The notes under the pieces are model-generated. The model was not told the DNA's origin. It did no database searches and saw only the letters and a program-made list of their open reading frames with translations. A program made the translations under genes and the position numbers. A DNA stretch of 63,001 nt, filler included, from Octopus bimaculoides (lineage: Eukaryota): the NCBI RefSeq assembly GCF_001194135.2. It is 10 parts of 9 records of this genome, joined end to end, with 100 filler letters (N's around TTAATTAATTAA, not from the genome) between each part and the next. Parts side by side here need not be neighbours in the genome. Positions count along the whole stretch, not along the records: positions 28,821 to 50,293 come from NC_068983.1; positions 50,394 to 53,019 come from NC_068986.1; positions 53,120 to 55,795 come from NC_069005.1; positions 55,896 to 59,878 come from NW_026335436.1; positions 59,979 to 63,001 come from NC_068982.1; 5 more parts are not named here. One strand, given 5' to 3'. Below, one piece after another: positions 48,441 through 60,190 of the stretch (the stretch's first letter is position 1; each line of letters begins with the position of its first letter).

Positions 48441-48490
<50 letters not shown>

Positions 48491-49446
48491 CATGACAGGT
48501 GGCATCATTTTTAATATGTCGTACAAAAATGCTTAGAGGCATTTCCCGTCGTTAATAACAATATTGTTTGAACAATAATGAAATCTAAGTACGCATTGTT
48601 AATCATTGCGTAAGAAAAAGGAAAAGAATTGAATTTTGGTTTCAGGTTCATTGTTTGACATAAATAATAGCAATAAATTGTTATCAATTTTTTATCAGAA
48701 AGATGAAGGAACATTTATTCACTGGTGACTCGCCAACAGAACGTGAAATTTATCAGAGAATTCTCTTTTATTTTCTCAGTGAGAGTACATTTAATCCTGT
48801 TTAATTTTCAACTAGGACTGCTTAAAAAAATTTTAACTGACTACTCTGATTTAATGTCTATCACTATATATATATTATTTTGTTTAAAAGAGTTCCAACA
48901 CTGTCTGTTTTTTATGTTTTATTTATATTCCTGCAAGACCAATGTGGGATATAGAATATGGAATATACAATATATAACATAAAATAAAAATGGATGGTAC
49001 AATGAAATAAAGTATTGCATGTCTTATTGAATATATGGAATATGTCTTATTGAATAGATGAAATATTGAGCGTACAATATAAAGGATTAAATATATAAAG
49101 GCGAATACGTATTTTCTATACCTTGTGGTATTTCATCATGGCCGGTATGACAGACTTTAACAGACAGTCTGTGTTCGCTTCTATGGATGGTAATATCATC
49201 TGGCGTGTTTATTAGCAATAATTATAACAATATAGAATATGGCGGCCCGTATATCTTCAAAATTTATTTCCTTTTATATTATAATTTCATACAGCGTATT
49301 TTTATGATTATTACAACACTCGACTATAAAAATTTGCTGTATGAAATGTAAAATATAATGAAATAAATGATGAGAATGTACCAGCCAGCCAACCAGCCTC
49401 CATAGTCTACAATGTCATAATTATTGCTAACACAGAGACACACGCA

Positions 49447-49480
<34 letters not shown>

Positions 49481-50041
49481 TATGTAAATATATATACACG
49501 TATATTATATAAATATATCAACATATAAATATTTATATATATATATATAAATATTTATACGCATATACACATACATATATTTAGGTACTAAACGTATACA
49601 CAGCGTTAGTCAGTTCGATGATGTGGAATAGTTTCAGATAAATTCTTTCCTTAAATTTGTTAAAAGCACAGATAATTCCACTCAATCATATCTACTAATT
49701 AGTTTTTAATTCAATATCCAGCAACCATCCACAATATCAGTAAGTACCTCATTTCTTATTACCTATATATCGAGGCCATATTTCGTGTCATTAAGTGACA
49801 TTTTCGAGCACGTTATTGACAAACCGCAAGCAAGTCGAAACGCATTTCTCGTTCTCGCGACCCGATACTGTGACAACATTCGTTGTTTCTATAGTATTGT
49901 CTTAGACTTGTGTTAAAAGTACAAGTCTATAATACTCGTACAAGTCTATAATACTCGTACACACATAATACTCGTACACACATAATACAAGTCTATAATA
50001 CGCGTACACGCATACACTCACACACACACACACACACTCAC

Positions 50042-50090
<49 letters not shown>

Positions 50091-50191
50091 GCTATACGTG
50101 TGTATGCATGTGTATGTGTATGTAATTAAATGTGGATTTTTGGCAATTTTTTCCGTCCGTCTTTCTTTTCTCTTGGACTTTCCTCTATCTC

Positions 50192-50231
50192 CTGTTTCTG
50201 AAGCAGAGCTTTGCTCGAAACGTCAAAACAG
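50192..50231 (+). ncRNA. Mini-hammerhead motif of the Penelope-associated type, one core substitution
   Basis: CUGUUU-CUGAAGC-A-GAGC-UUU-GCUC-GAAAC-GUC-AAAACAG. Stem I 6 bp with 1 bulge, stem II 4 bp, palindromic AC/GU stem III. Core A9 appears as C. Confidence 0.6.
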
Positions 50232-50293
50232 ACATTCTTTCCTTCCTTCAGCGTCTTATTAATACCTTGCATGTGCCACGTCCCCACGTTGTT

Positions 50294-50393
50294 NNNNNNN
50301 NNNNNNNNNNNNNNNNNNNNNNNNNNNNNNNNNNNNNTTAATTAATTAANNNNNNNNNNNNNNNNNNNNNNNNNNNNNNNNNNNNNNNNNNNN
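50294..50393. other. Synthetic scaffold linker 6
   Basis: N44-TTAATTAATTAA(50338-50349)-N44. Confidence 0.97.
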
Positions 50394-50659
50394 TATATAT
50401 ATATATATATATATATATGGACATACGTACGTACGTATGTATATATGTATCCTTCCATAGCAGAATGTTTCGCCATCATGAAGTCCTGGACATTTACCCA
50501 AAATAACACTGCGTGGCATTTGGTGGATGAGGGAGTTTGACGTTGCTGCCCTCATCTGTGTTTTTGCCTAGAGGTAGGTTCTTGACATGTACGTATGTAT
50601 GTATGTATATCTTTTACCATTTATCTTCTACTGGTTTTAGCCAATGGTTGAGGCCATGC

Positions 50660-51340
50660 TGGAGCATCGCCTTTTAGTGTGTTTGGGTTTCTTTTCCATA
50701 CTGTTTCTTGTGAAGTAGCGAGTTGGACGGAGCTAGTCTTTTTTGTGGTTTCTGCCCTGATGTGGGTTCATCTGGTATTTCAGATAGAAATTTGTCTAAA
50801 CGCTCTTTGAGGACCTCCACAGCCAGTCCTCGGTGACCGCAAGTTGGGAGCAATGACCCAGAAGAGGACGAAAGTCCTCCATGGGAGTAGCTTGGTGTCC
50901 TTTTTGCTGGTTCTGAATGATCTCAGAATCCATCACTCTTGTACAGTGTTGTCATTCTTGTAATATGCACATTGGAATCGTTACTGATGTAGATTCCTAG
51001 GTCACGCACTGACTCTAACTCTGGCATTGCTCTACCTACTCTTCCTGTGTATTCCCATTGTACTATGCTTGTGAGTTGGATAATTGAAACTTCTCAACAT
51101 TGAACTGCATGTTATTTTCATTAGCCCGTTCGTATATTATATTCGGGCCGTTTTGCTGTTTTAGTACGGCATCAATGTCCTCGATCGCCTGTGATACTTT
51201 CGTATCATCTGCCTCGCTGGTGAGAGTGGCTGACTGTATGGTAGAGGGCATGTCTGAGAGAACCACCAAAATCAGTACTGGTCCTAGTACAGTACCTTGA
51301 AGGACTCCGCTGTGAATTGATGTCTCCCTAGAGAGCGCAT
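50660..51340 (-). mobile_element. CR1/L2-type LINE relic, RT C-terminal half to 3' end
   Basis: SGVLQGTVLGPVLILVVLSDMP...LTSEADDTKVSQAI...ANENNMQFNVEKFQL; RDLGIYI; LSEIPDEPTSG..KRLAPSNSLLH. A second tiny 3' end (QMRAATSNSLIHQ) lies at about 50515-50560. Confidence 0.85.
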
Positions 51341-51582
51341 AATTGTTCGCTCAGCCGAACTTCCAGATCATTGAATAAAGTGAGAGGGATTGGGCATTCC
51401 GCAGACACGAAGGCTGTGCCTTTGAATTATAGGTATGAACAATCCGACAGGCTACTGTACAGTGTCAAACTACACTTACACTTACCAATTACACTTACAA
51501 GGTATAGCTCAACCCAAGTTTTACCGGTGAATGTGTTAAATTATAAGGCACTAAAAAAGAATGACTCCCCACAGACACAACA

Positions 51583-51644
<62 letters not shown>

Positions 51645-52655
51645 TTGTTCCGGTCATTGGGGTACGGCCATGCTGGGGCACAATATGTCCACATACACAG
51701 ACATACCGGGTGTCGCTGTGTGGACGGCAGATGAATTGCAAACATGTGGTGGTTCGCATTTCAGTATATAAAGAGACACACGTAAACACACGTACACACA
51801 TATACACAACACACATACATGGACACTCACTCACACACATACTCACAGGCATGTTCATATAAATATTCTTGTGTATGTGTTTGTATACAGCAGGCTTCCA
51901 CACAGTTTTTTTCTACGAAATTTACTAATGAAACATTGGCGAACCCGGACAACCGTGGAAAAGATTTGCCCCATGTGTAACATGGACAGACTGAATCCGT
52001 GACAACGGAGTCACGACTGACACTTTAATTACACGGCCCTGACTTTGATTATCATGTGTGTGTGTGTATGTGCGTGCGTCTATATGTATATGAATGCATA
52101 TATAAACACGCACACACACAAACACACACACATATAGATATGTATGTATATGTATATATATATATACATATACATATATATATATATATATATANNNNNN
52201 NNNNNNNNNNNNNNNNNNNNNNNNNNNNNNNNNNNNNNNNNNNNNNNNNNNNNNNNNNNNNNNNNNNNNNNNNNNNNNNNNNNNNNNNNNNNNNNNNNNN
52301 NNNNNNNNNNNNNNNNNNNNNNNNNNNNNNNNNNNNNNNNNNNNNNNNNNNNNNNNNNNNNNNNNNNNNNNNNNNNNNNNNNNNNNNNNNNNNNNNNNNN
52401 NNNNNNNNNNNNNNNNNNNNNNNNNNNNNNNNNNNNNNNNNNNNNNNNNNNNNNNNNNNNNNNNNNNNNNNNATATATATATATATATATATATATACGT
52501 ACATATATATATATGTACATATGCGTGTGTGTGTGTGTGTGCGTGCGCACGTGCATGCCTGTGTGTGCATATCTATGTATATACATACACATATTTACGC
52601 ACGCACACATATGCATGTATATATATGTATATATACATATATATGTATGTATATG

Positions 52656-52691
<36 letters not shown>

Positions 52692-52918
52692 CATGTATAT
52701 GTTTATGCATACATACATATATGTATATATATGGATTTATATACATTTACGAAATTTGTTATATATACACAATAATATGCATGAAAGTAATTACACATAC
52801 GCACACACACATATACATATGTGTGCGTGCAAATAAATGTATGCGGCATACAATGTATTTAGACGTGCAACTGGCAATCATTTTGTGTGTGCGCATACAT
52901 ATATGTCTGTGTGTACGT

Positions 52919-53019
<101 letters not shown>

Positions 53020-53119
53020 NNNNNNNNNNNNNNNNNNNNNNNNNNNNNNNNNNNNNNNNNNNNTTAATTAATTAANNNNNNNNNNNNNNNNNNNNNNNNN
53101 NNNNNNNNNNNNNNNNNNN
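53020..53119. other. Synthetic scaffold linker 7
   Basis: N44-TTAATTAATTAA(53064-53075)-N44. Confidence 0.97.
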
Positions 53120-53145
53120 ATATATATATATATATATATAGGTAA

Positions 53146-55615
53146 GTACGAACGAACGAACGAATGTAATTACGTACGTACCTACGTACTTTCGTTCATT
53201 CTTTTGTTCCTTCGTTCGTTTGTGCGTTCGTTCGTTCCTACGTACGTACGTACGTTTGTTCCTTCGTGCGTACGGTTGTTCGTACGTATGTACCTACGAT
53301 TGTTCGTTAAATCGTTTGTTCTATCGTTCTATCGTTCGTACGTACGTTCTTTCATTCATTTGTTCGTTGATTCATACGTACGTTCATTCGTTTCTACGTA
53401 CGTACTTTCGTTCGTTCGTACATACGTTCATTCGTTCGATCGATTGTACGTACGTTCGTTCCTTCGAACGGTCGTACATACTTACGTTCGTACTATGTAT
53501 GTTCGTTCCTTAATTTCGTTCGTACGTACATACGTTAGTTCATTCGATTGTACGTACGTACATTCGTTCGCTCGTACGGATGTATGTACGTACGTTCGTT
53601 CGTTTGTTTGTTGGTTTGTTCATTCTAATGTACGTTCGTTCTGTTCATTCGTGCGTACTTACTTACGTACGATCGTTCGGATGTACTTATCTACGTACGT
53701 ACGTTCGGTCCTTCTTACGTATGAACGTACGTACAAGCATCATCTTTTGTTCGTTGCTTCGTACGTTCGTTCGTTTTTTCTTCGTCCGTTCGTTCATTCG
53801 TACAGACGTACGTTTGTTCGTTAATTCTTTCTTTCGTTCGTACGTACATACGTAGTTTTGTTCGTTCGTACGTATGCACCTACATTTGTTCGTTAAATCG
53901 TTTGTTCTTTGATTCTTTCGTTCATTCGTTCGTACTTACGTTCGAAGGAACAAAAGAACGAACGAAAGTACGTACATACGTACGAACGAACAAAAGAAAG
54001 AACGTACGTACGTACGAAGGAACGTAATTACGTACGTATGTTCTTTCTTTCGTTCGTACGTACCTTCGTTCTTTTGTTCCTTCGTACGTACGGTTGTTCG
54101 TACGGATGTACCTACGATTGTTCGTTAAATCGTTTGTTCCTTCTTTCATTCATTCGTTACTATGTACGAACTTTCGTTCGGTAGTTCGGTCCTTTGTTTG
54201 TTCGTACGTACGTACGTTCGCTCGTCCATCCTTTCGTTCGTACTTACGTACATAGTTCATTCATTCGTTAGATCGATTGTACGTACGTACGTACGTTCGT
54301 TCGTTCCTTAATTTCGTCGTTCGTACGTACATACGTTAGTTCATTCGTTCGTACGTACGTATGTTTGTTCGTTCGTTCATTCTAATGTACGTACTACGTT
54401 TGTTTATTCGTGCGTACTTACTTAGGTATGTACTTACGTTCCTTCCTTTTTACGTATGAACGTACGTACAGACGTACCACCTTTTGTTCATACGTACGTA
54501 TGAACGTACGTACATACGCACGTACGTACTTTCGTTAGTTCGTTTTTTCTTCGTCCGTACGTTCGTTCATTTGTTCGAACGTAAGTTCTTTCGTTCGTTC
54601 GTACGAATGTACCTACATTTGTTCGTTAAATCGTTTGATCCTTCTTTCGTTCATTCGTACGTACGTAATTACGTTCGTTCGAAGGAACAGAACGAACGAA
54701 CGAAAAGAAAGAAAGAACGTACGTACGTTCTTTCGTTCGTTCATTCACCCGTACGTACGTACCTTTGTTCCTTCGTACGTATGTACCTACGATTGTTCGT
54801 TCCTACGTTCGTTACTATGTACGTATGTTCCTTAATTTCGTTCGTACGTATATACGTTAGTTCATTCGTTCGCAAGTACGTACCTACTTCGGACGTATGT
54901 TCATTCGTGCGTACTTACATACGATCGTTCCTTCTTGCGTTTGAACGTACCACCTTTTGTTCGTTAGCAGGTACATACGTACGAACGCACGTCGTACGTA
55001 CTTTCGTTAGGTCGATTTTTCTTCGTCCGTACGTACATACGTTCGTTCCTTCGAACATAATTTCTTTCGTTCGTTCGCTCTTACGTATTTACGTTCGTTC
55101 TTTCTTTATTTCGATCTTTCGAACGTATGTACCTACATTTGTTCGTTAAATCGTTTGTTCTATCGTGCTTTGATTCTTTCATTCATTCGTGCGTACGTAC
55201 ATAAGTACGTTCGTTCGTACTTTCGTACGTCCGAAGGAACAACAGAACGAACGAAGGTACGTACGAGCGAGCGAATGAACAAAAGAAAGAACGTACGTAC
55301 GAAGGAAGGAAGGTAATTACGTATGTACCTACGATTGTTCGTTAAACCGTTCGTTCGTTGATTCATACATACGTACGTTCGTTCGTTCGTTAGCACGTAA
55401 GTTCATTCGTCAGATCGTTACCAAGTACGTATGTTAGTCCATTAGTTCGTCCGTACTTACGTTCATTCATTTGTTCGTTCGTTTATTCGTACTATCTACG
55501 TTCGTTCCTACGTACGGATGTACGTACGTACGTTCGTTCATTCTAATGTACGTACGGACGTATGTACGCACGTTTGTTTGTTCATTCTTCCGCTAGTTCG
55601 TGCGTACTTACGTAC
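53146..55615. repeat. CpG-rich TACG/TTCG tetranucleotide-based satellite with higher-order units and internal inversions
   Basis: About 2.5 kb built almost entirely from TACG, TTCG, TTCA and inverted AACG blocks. Anchor ACCTACGATTGTTCGTT at 53292, 54110, 54785, 55327; anchor ACCTACATTTGTTCGTTAAATCG at 53878, 54611, 55131. Confidence 0.9.
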
Positions 55616-55619
55616 ATAT

Positions 55620-55795
55620 ACATATATAAATATGAAATAAATATTTAAATAAATAAATAAATAAATATTTAAATAAATATATAAATAAATAAATAAATAA
55701 ATAAATAAATATATAAATAAATATATAAATAAATAAATAAATATATAAATAAATAAATATATAAATAAATAAATATATAAATAAATAAATATATA
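55620..55795. repeat. (TAAA)/(TATA) mixed AT-only satellite
   Basis: AAATAAATATAT-type units. Confidence 0.9.
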
Positions 55796-55895
55796 NNNNN
55801 NNNNNNNNNNNNNNNNNNNNNNNNNNNNNNNNNNNNNNNTTAATTAATTAANNNNNNNNNNNNNNNNNNNNNNNNNNNNNNNNNNNNNNNNNNNN
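55796..55895. other. Synthetic scaffold linker 8
   Basis: N44-TTAATTAATTAA(55840-55851)-N44. Confidence 0.97.
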
Positions 55896-56020
55896 CCATT
55901 CTCAACATCACCGCCACCACCACCACCACCACTGCCACCACCACCACCACTGCCACCATTCTCATCACCATCATAATTGTCATTCTCCTCATCAACACAA
56001 TCATCATCATCATCATCATC

Positions 56021-56052
<32 letters not shown>

Positions 56053-56069
56053 TAGTTTCAAATTTGGGC

Positions 56070-56222
56070 ACAAAGCCAGCAATTTCAGGGAGGAGGCAAC
56101 CCTGAAAGGATGGAAGGCAAAGTCGACCTCAGTGAAATTTGAACACAGAACACAGGGAAAACAGGCAAAATGCTGCTAAGCATTTTGTTCAGAGCGCTAA
56201 CGATTCTGCCAGCTCGTTGCCT

Positions 56223-56265
<43 letters not shown>

Positions 56266-57330
56266 TAGAAACCATAAATAATAATAATAATAAAAATAAT
56301 AAAAATAATAATCGTTTCTACTAAAGGTGCAAGGCCTGAAATTTGGGAGGAGGGGATTAGTTGATCATAGTGACCCCAGTGTTTTCACTGGTACTAAGGT
56401 ATAATAAAAAAAAATATTCAGACAAATACATAACAAAAACACCAGGACTTACAAATATATATAACATACAGAAAATTGCAATTACTGGGCACTGCACACA
56501 TCCTACGCAAAACACTTTCAATACAGTAACCATAAGAGCACCACAGCAAACCACAGCACATACCCAAGGCACACAGAGCTGCGCTCGGTAGTGAAGTGAA
56601 AGCACGTTATAAAAATAAAACTACTGAACAATAATAATAATAATAATAATAACTTCCCGATACAAACAGATAGAAATTTGGTTAGGAGGGGATTAGTTGA
56701 TCATATCGACCCCAGTGTTTCACTGGTACTTAATTTATCAACCCCGAAAAGATGAAAGGCAAAGTCGACCTCGGCGGAATTTGAACTCAGCACATAAAGA
56801 CGGACGAAATGTTAAACATTTGGCCCAGCGTGCTAACAATTCTGCCAGCTCACCGCCTTAATAATAATAATAATAATAATAAAGATAATAATAATAATCC
56901 TTTCTGCTACAGGAACAAGGCCAGAAATTCGGGGGGGGAGGGGCTAGTAGATTACATCGACCCCAGTACTCCACTGGTAGTTAACTCTTTAGTGTTTAAA
57001 CTGGCCATATACAGCCATATATTCTACCTGTTTTATGTTCAAACTGGCCAGGTCTGGCCTCTCACACCTACCTTGCAATGTCATTTTTTTAAAACAGACA
57101 ACCACATCATTGATGTCTCAAATCCACAAGATAATGTGAGATTAATTCAAAACAATGTGAATAAACAAACATTACACTTGACAATAATCGGAATATTAAA
57201 GGGTTAATTCATCGGCCCCGAAAGGATGAACGGCAAAGTCGACCTCGGCGGAATTTGAACTCATAACGTAACGGCAGATGAAATACCGTTAAGCATTTCG
57301 TCCGGCGAGCTAACGATTCTGCCAGCTTGC
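56070..57330 (-). mobile_element. Head-to-tail cluster of SINE family B copies separated by (TAA)/(TGA) tracts
   Basis: Copies at about 56070-56220, 56660-56860 and 56890-57330 (the last split by a MITE), plus a partial tail at about 56320-56400. Confidence 0.75.
56985..57203. mobile_element. TTAA-targeting MITE (piggyBac-like ends), 219 bp
   Basis: TTAA(56981-56984)|CTCTTTAGTGTT ... AATATTAAAGGG|TTAA(57204-57207). TIR 9/12 identical. The SINE B sequence resumes after the duplicated TTAA. Confidence 0.8.
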
Positions 57331-58054
57331 TAATAATAATAATAATAATAATAATAACAACAATGGACTCTTCCACTTTGGATGACATATGAGCACTCAG
57401 CTATTTTGCTGAACAACCTGACCTACACAAATGATATTGTTTATAGAGATCAATTTTTTTGTGCCACACATGAGCTCACTCTCTGCATCAAATAGGCGTT
57501 GTCTGAACAGGTGCACGGTGTACTACATGTCAGGTGTCAAAGCGATTGCAACATGAGGTGAAGTGTGTATTGCCCAGGAACGCAACACGCTGACCAGTCT
57601 AGAAATAGCGGTCCTCCTGTATTTTCTTTTACCCAAAGCCTGGAATTTTGTAGCACACCCTCATATAACTGATGGTGGTGGTGATAAAAGGGTAAAGAGC
57701 CCCTTCGGTCATGAATGACCACCATGGGATTGCACCTAGAAAGTTACCCTCTGAGGCACAGGTCCAGGCAATGTTGTTTATGGAAGGCGAGCAGTCACCC
57801 ATGCATACCAGCCTCTCCTCTTCATGCCACTGACGTTATCCAAGGGGACAAAACGTGTTCCTTTGATTGTGTGTCCAACTCTTCAACCACTGAGCCATGT
57901 GCCTTCACATTACAAAAGAGGGTGATTGGATTTATAGAGTACCACAGATGTTTTGTAACTGCTGCTGCTGACAGTGGTGCGTGCCACAGATGTATTACGT
58001 AACTAGTGGTGGTGGTGGTGGTGGTTGGTGGTGGTGGTGCCGCAGACATATCTT

Positions 58055-58460
58055 GGACTATGGCCATGCTGGAGCACTGCATAAGGTTCCGTCGAACAAA
58101 TCTATCCTGCTTTTTTATTAAAGTCTGGTCCTCATTCTGTCGGTCTCATTTGCTGAACCGCTACATCATGTGGACGTAAACAAACCAACACCGGTTACCA
58201 AGCAGTGGCAGGAGACAACCACAAACATACCCGCAGCCACATACAGGGCTTCCGCACAGTTTCCATCTACCAAATCCATTCAAAAGGCATTGGTTGACCC
58301 GGAGCTATAGAAGACACTCAACGGGCTTCCTCACAGAGCTTTGGTCAACCTGAGGAGGCTATAGTAGGAGACACTTGCCCAAGGTGCCACACAGTGGGAC
58401 TGAACCTGAAACTGCATGAATGCAAACTAAGCTTCTTAACCTCACACACCATTCCTGCGA
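58055..58460 (-). mobile_element. SINE family A, diverged full-length copy
   Basis: GGCCATGCTGGAGCAC tail through GGGACTGAACC head. Confidence 0.75.
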
Positions 58461-58593
58461 CCAAATATACAATGAAATAAAAGCAGACACAGTAACCACA
58501 ACCTTTGGGTTGCAGTGGTCAAGGATTAAGAGCAGTGATCAATGAAAGGCTGGTCGTTTGTTAAGGTCCCTGACACTATTTCTAGGGTGTTAA

Positions 58594-58627
58594 GGGTCAA
58601 TGAACTTTGACCTCTATTTCTGGGTCA
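58594..58627. promoter_or_regulatory. Candidate composite nuclear-receptor response element (IR1 + DR1 + ER8)
   Basis: GGGTCA-A-TGAACT-T-TGACCT-CTATTTCT-GGGTCA: four RGKTCA half-sites in 34 bp. This is a motif match only. Confidence 0.45.
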
Positions 58628-58765
58628 TTAAAAGAATGTAGTTAAACATCTATACTGAGGTTTCAGTAGACTGTCTTGTCAGACTGGTTTGCCTACCTTG
58701 GAGGGCGATTGGGACCGGGGGGTGGGCAGGAGAGGTATACAGACACAGATTGTATGTCTGCATGC

Positions 58766-58809
<44 letters not shown>

Positions 58810-59389
58810 AATCGTCCAACCCACGCTAGCATGGAAAGCGGACGTTAAACGATGATGATGATATATATATATNNNNNNNNNNNNNNNNNNNNNNNNNNNN
58901 NNNNNNNNNNNNNNNNNNNNNNNNNNNNNNNNNNNNNNNNNNNNNNNNNNNNNNNNNNNNNNNNNNNNNNNNNNNNNNNNNNNNNNNNNNNNNNNNNNNN
59001 NNNNNNNNNNNNNNNNNNNNNNNNNNNNNNNNNNNNNNNNNNNNNNNNNNNNNNNNNNNNNNNNNNNNNNNNNNNNNNNNNNNNNNNNNNNNNNNNNNNN
59101 NNNNNNNNNNNNNNNNNNNNNNNNNNNNNNNNNNNNNNNNNNNNNNNNNNNNNNNNNNNNNNNNNNNNNNNNNNNNNNNNNNNNNNNNNNNNNNNNNNNN
59201 TGTGTGTGTGTGTGTACATATATAATACTGTATCGACCAGACTATCAGATGTGGTCACACACTGCTAGTCACAATGCGTTTCCTCGTATTGTTTTAACTT
59301 ATCGCGGTTTATTATTGAAGTTTACATCAATTCCTCCGTGGTGTTGTTTTGCGTTTATAATAAAAATAAATACATACAAATTATAAAAA

Positions 59390-59499
59390 ATAATTAATAA
59401 AAAAATATACAGTACAGTACTGTTTCTACTTCACAGATTTTCACCTATTGTGTGGGGGAGGGTTAGAACGTAACACCTGCAATAGTCGAGGGATTACCG
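59390..59499 (-). mobile_element. Terminus of a Tigger/pogo-like DNA transposon
   Basis: Minus strand TA|CGGTAATCCCTCGACTATTGCAGGTGTTACGTTC...ATAGGTGAAAATCTGTGAAGTAG resembles CAGT-type pogo/Tigger TIRs. Confidence 0.55.
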
Positions 59500-59664
59500 T
59501 ATTAGATTTAAACTTAGGAAATGGAGGCGGGGGTAAGAAAAGAAAATTTTCGCATTTCAAGTATACACACTTCTTCTGACAGATAGGAGAGAAAAAGAAA
59601 TGAAGGAAAACAAACACACAAATATATGTGTATACAGATGCGTGTGTGTATACGTACATGTATG

Positions 59665-59700
<36 letters not shown>

Positions 59701-59831
59701 AGTCAGCTAAGTGGGGCAAAAGTCATGAAGTATAAAAATGCAGTTGCTGTGCAACAGAAGCAGCCATCAGATTACACCAACAGCAGTCAGACTTTGCGAC
59801 TTTGGCTTACTGTGTGTGCATGTAGGTATGT

Positions 59832-59872
<41 letters not shown>

Positions 59873-59878
59873 CATATA

Positions 59879-59978
59879 NNNNNNNNNNNNNNNNNNNNNN
59901 NNNNNNNNNNNNNNNNNNNNNNTTAATTAATTAANNNNNNNNNNNNNNNNNNNNNNNNNNNNNNNNNNNNNNNNNNNN
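59879..59978. other. Synthetic scaffold linker 9
   Basis: N44-TTAATTAATTAA(59923-59934)-N44. Confidence 0.97.
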
Positions 59979-60030
<52 letters not shown>

Positions 60031-60039
60031 TACATGTAT

Positions 60040-60190
60040 ATAAGAGGCTTCTTTTAGTTTCCGTCAACCTATTCCACTCACAAGGCATTGGTTTGTCCGA
60101 GACTATAGTAAAAGACACTTGCCCAAGGTGCCACGCAATGTGACTGAAGCCGAAACCATTTGTTTGGGATCAAGCTTCTTATCACACAGC
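60040..60190 (-). mobile_element. SINE family A head
   Basis: GAAGACACTTGCCCAAGGTGCCACGC-type body and GCTGTGTGATAAG head on the minus strand. Confidence 0.75.

Noticed and set aside
53204-55396. Long R/S/F/V/Y/T-rich ORFs in the TACG satellite
   Set aside because: The tetramer repeat rarely generates stops, so the periodic peptides carry no sign of coding.
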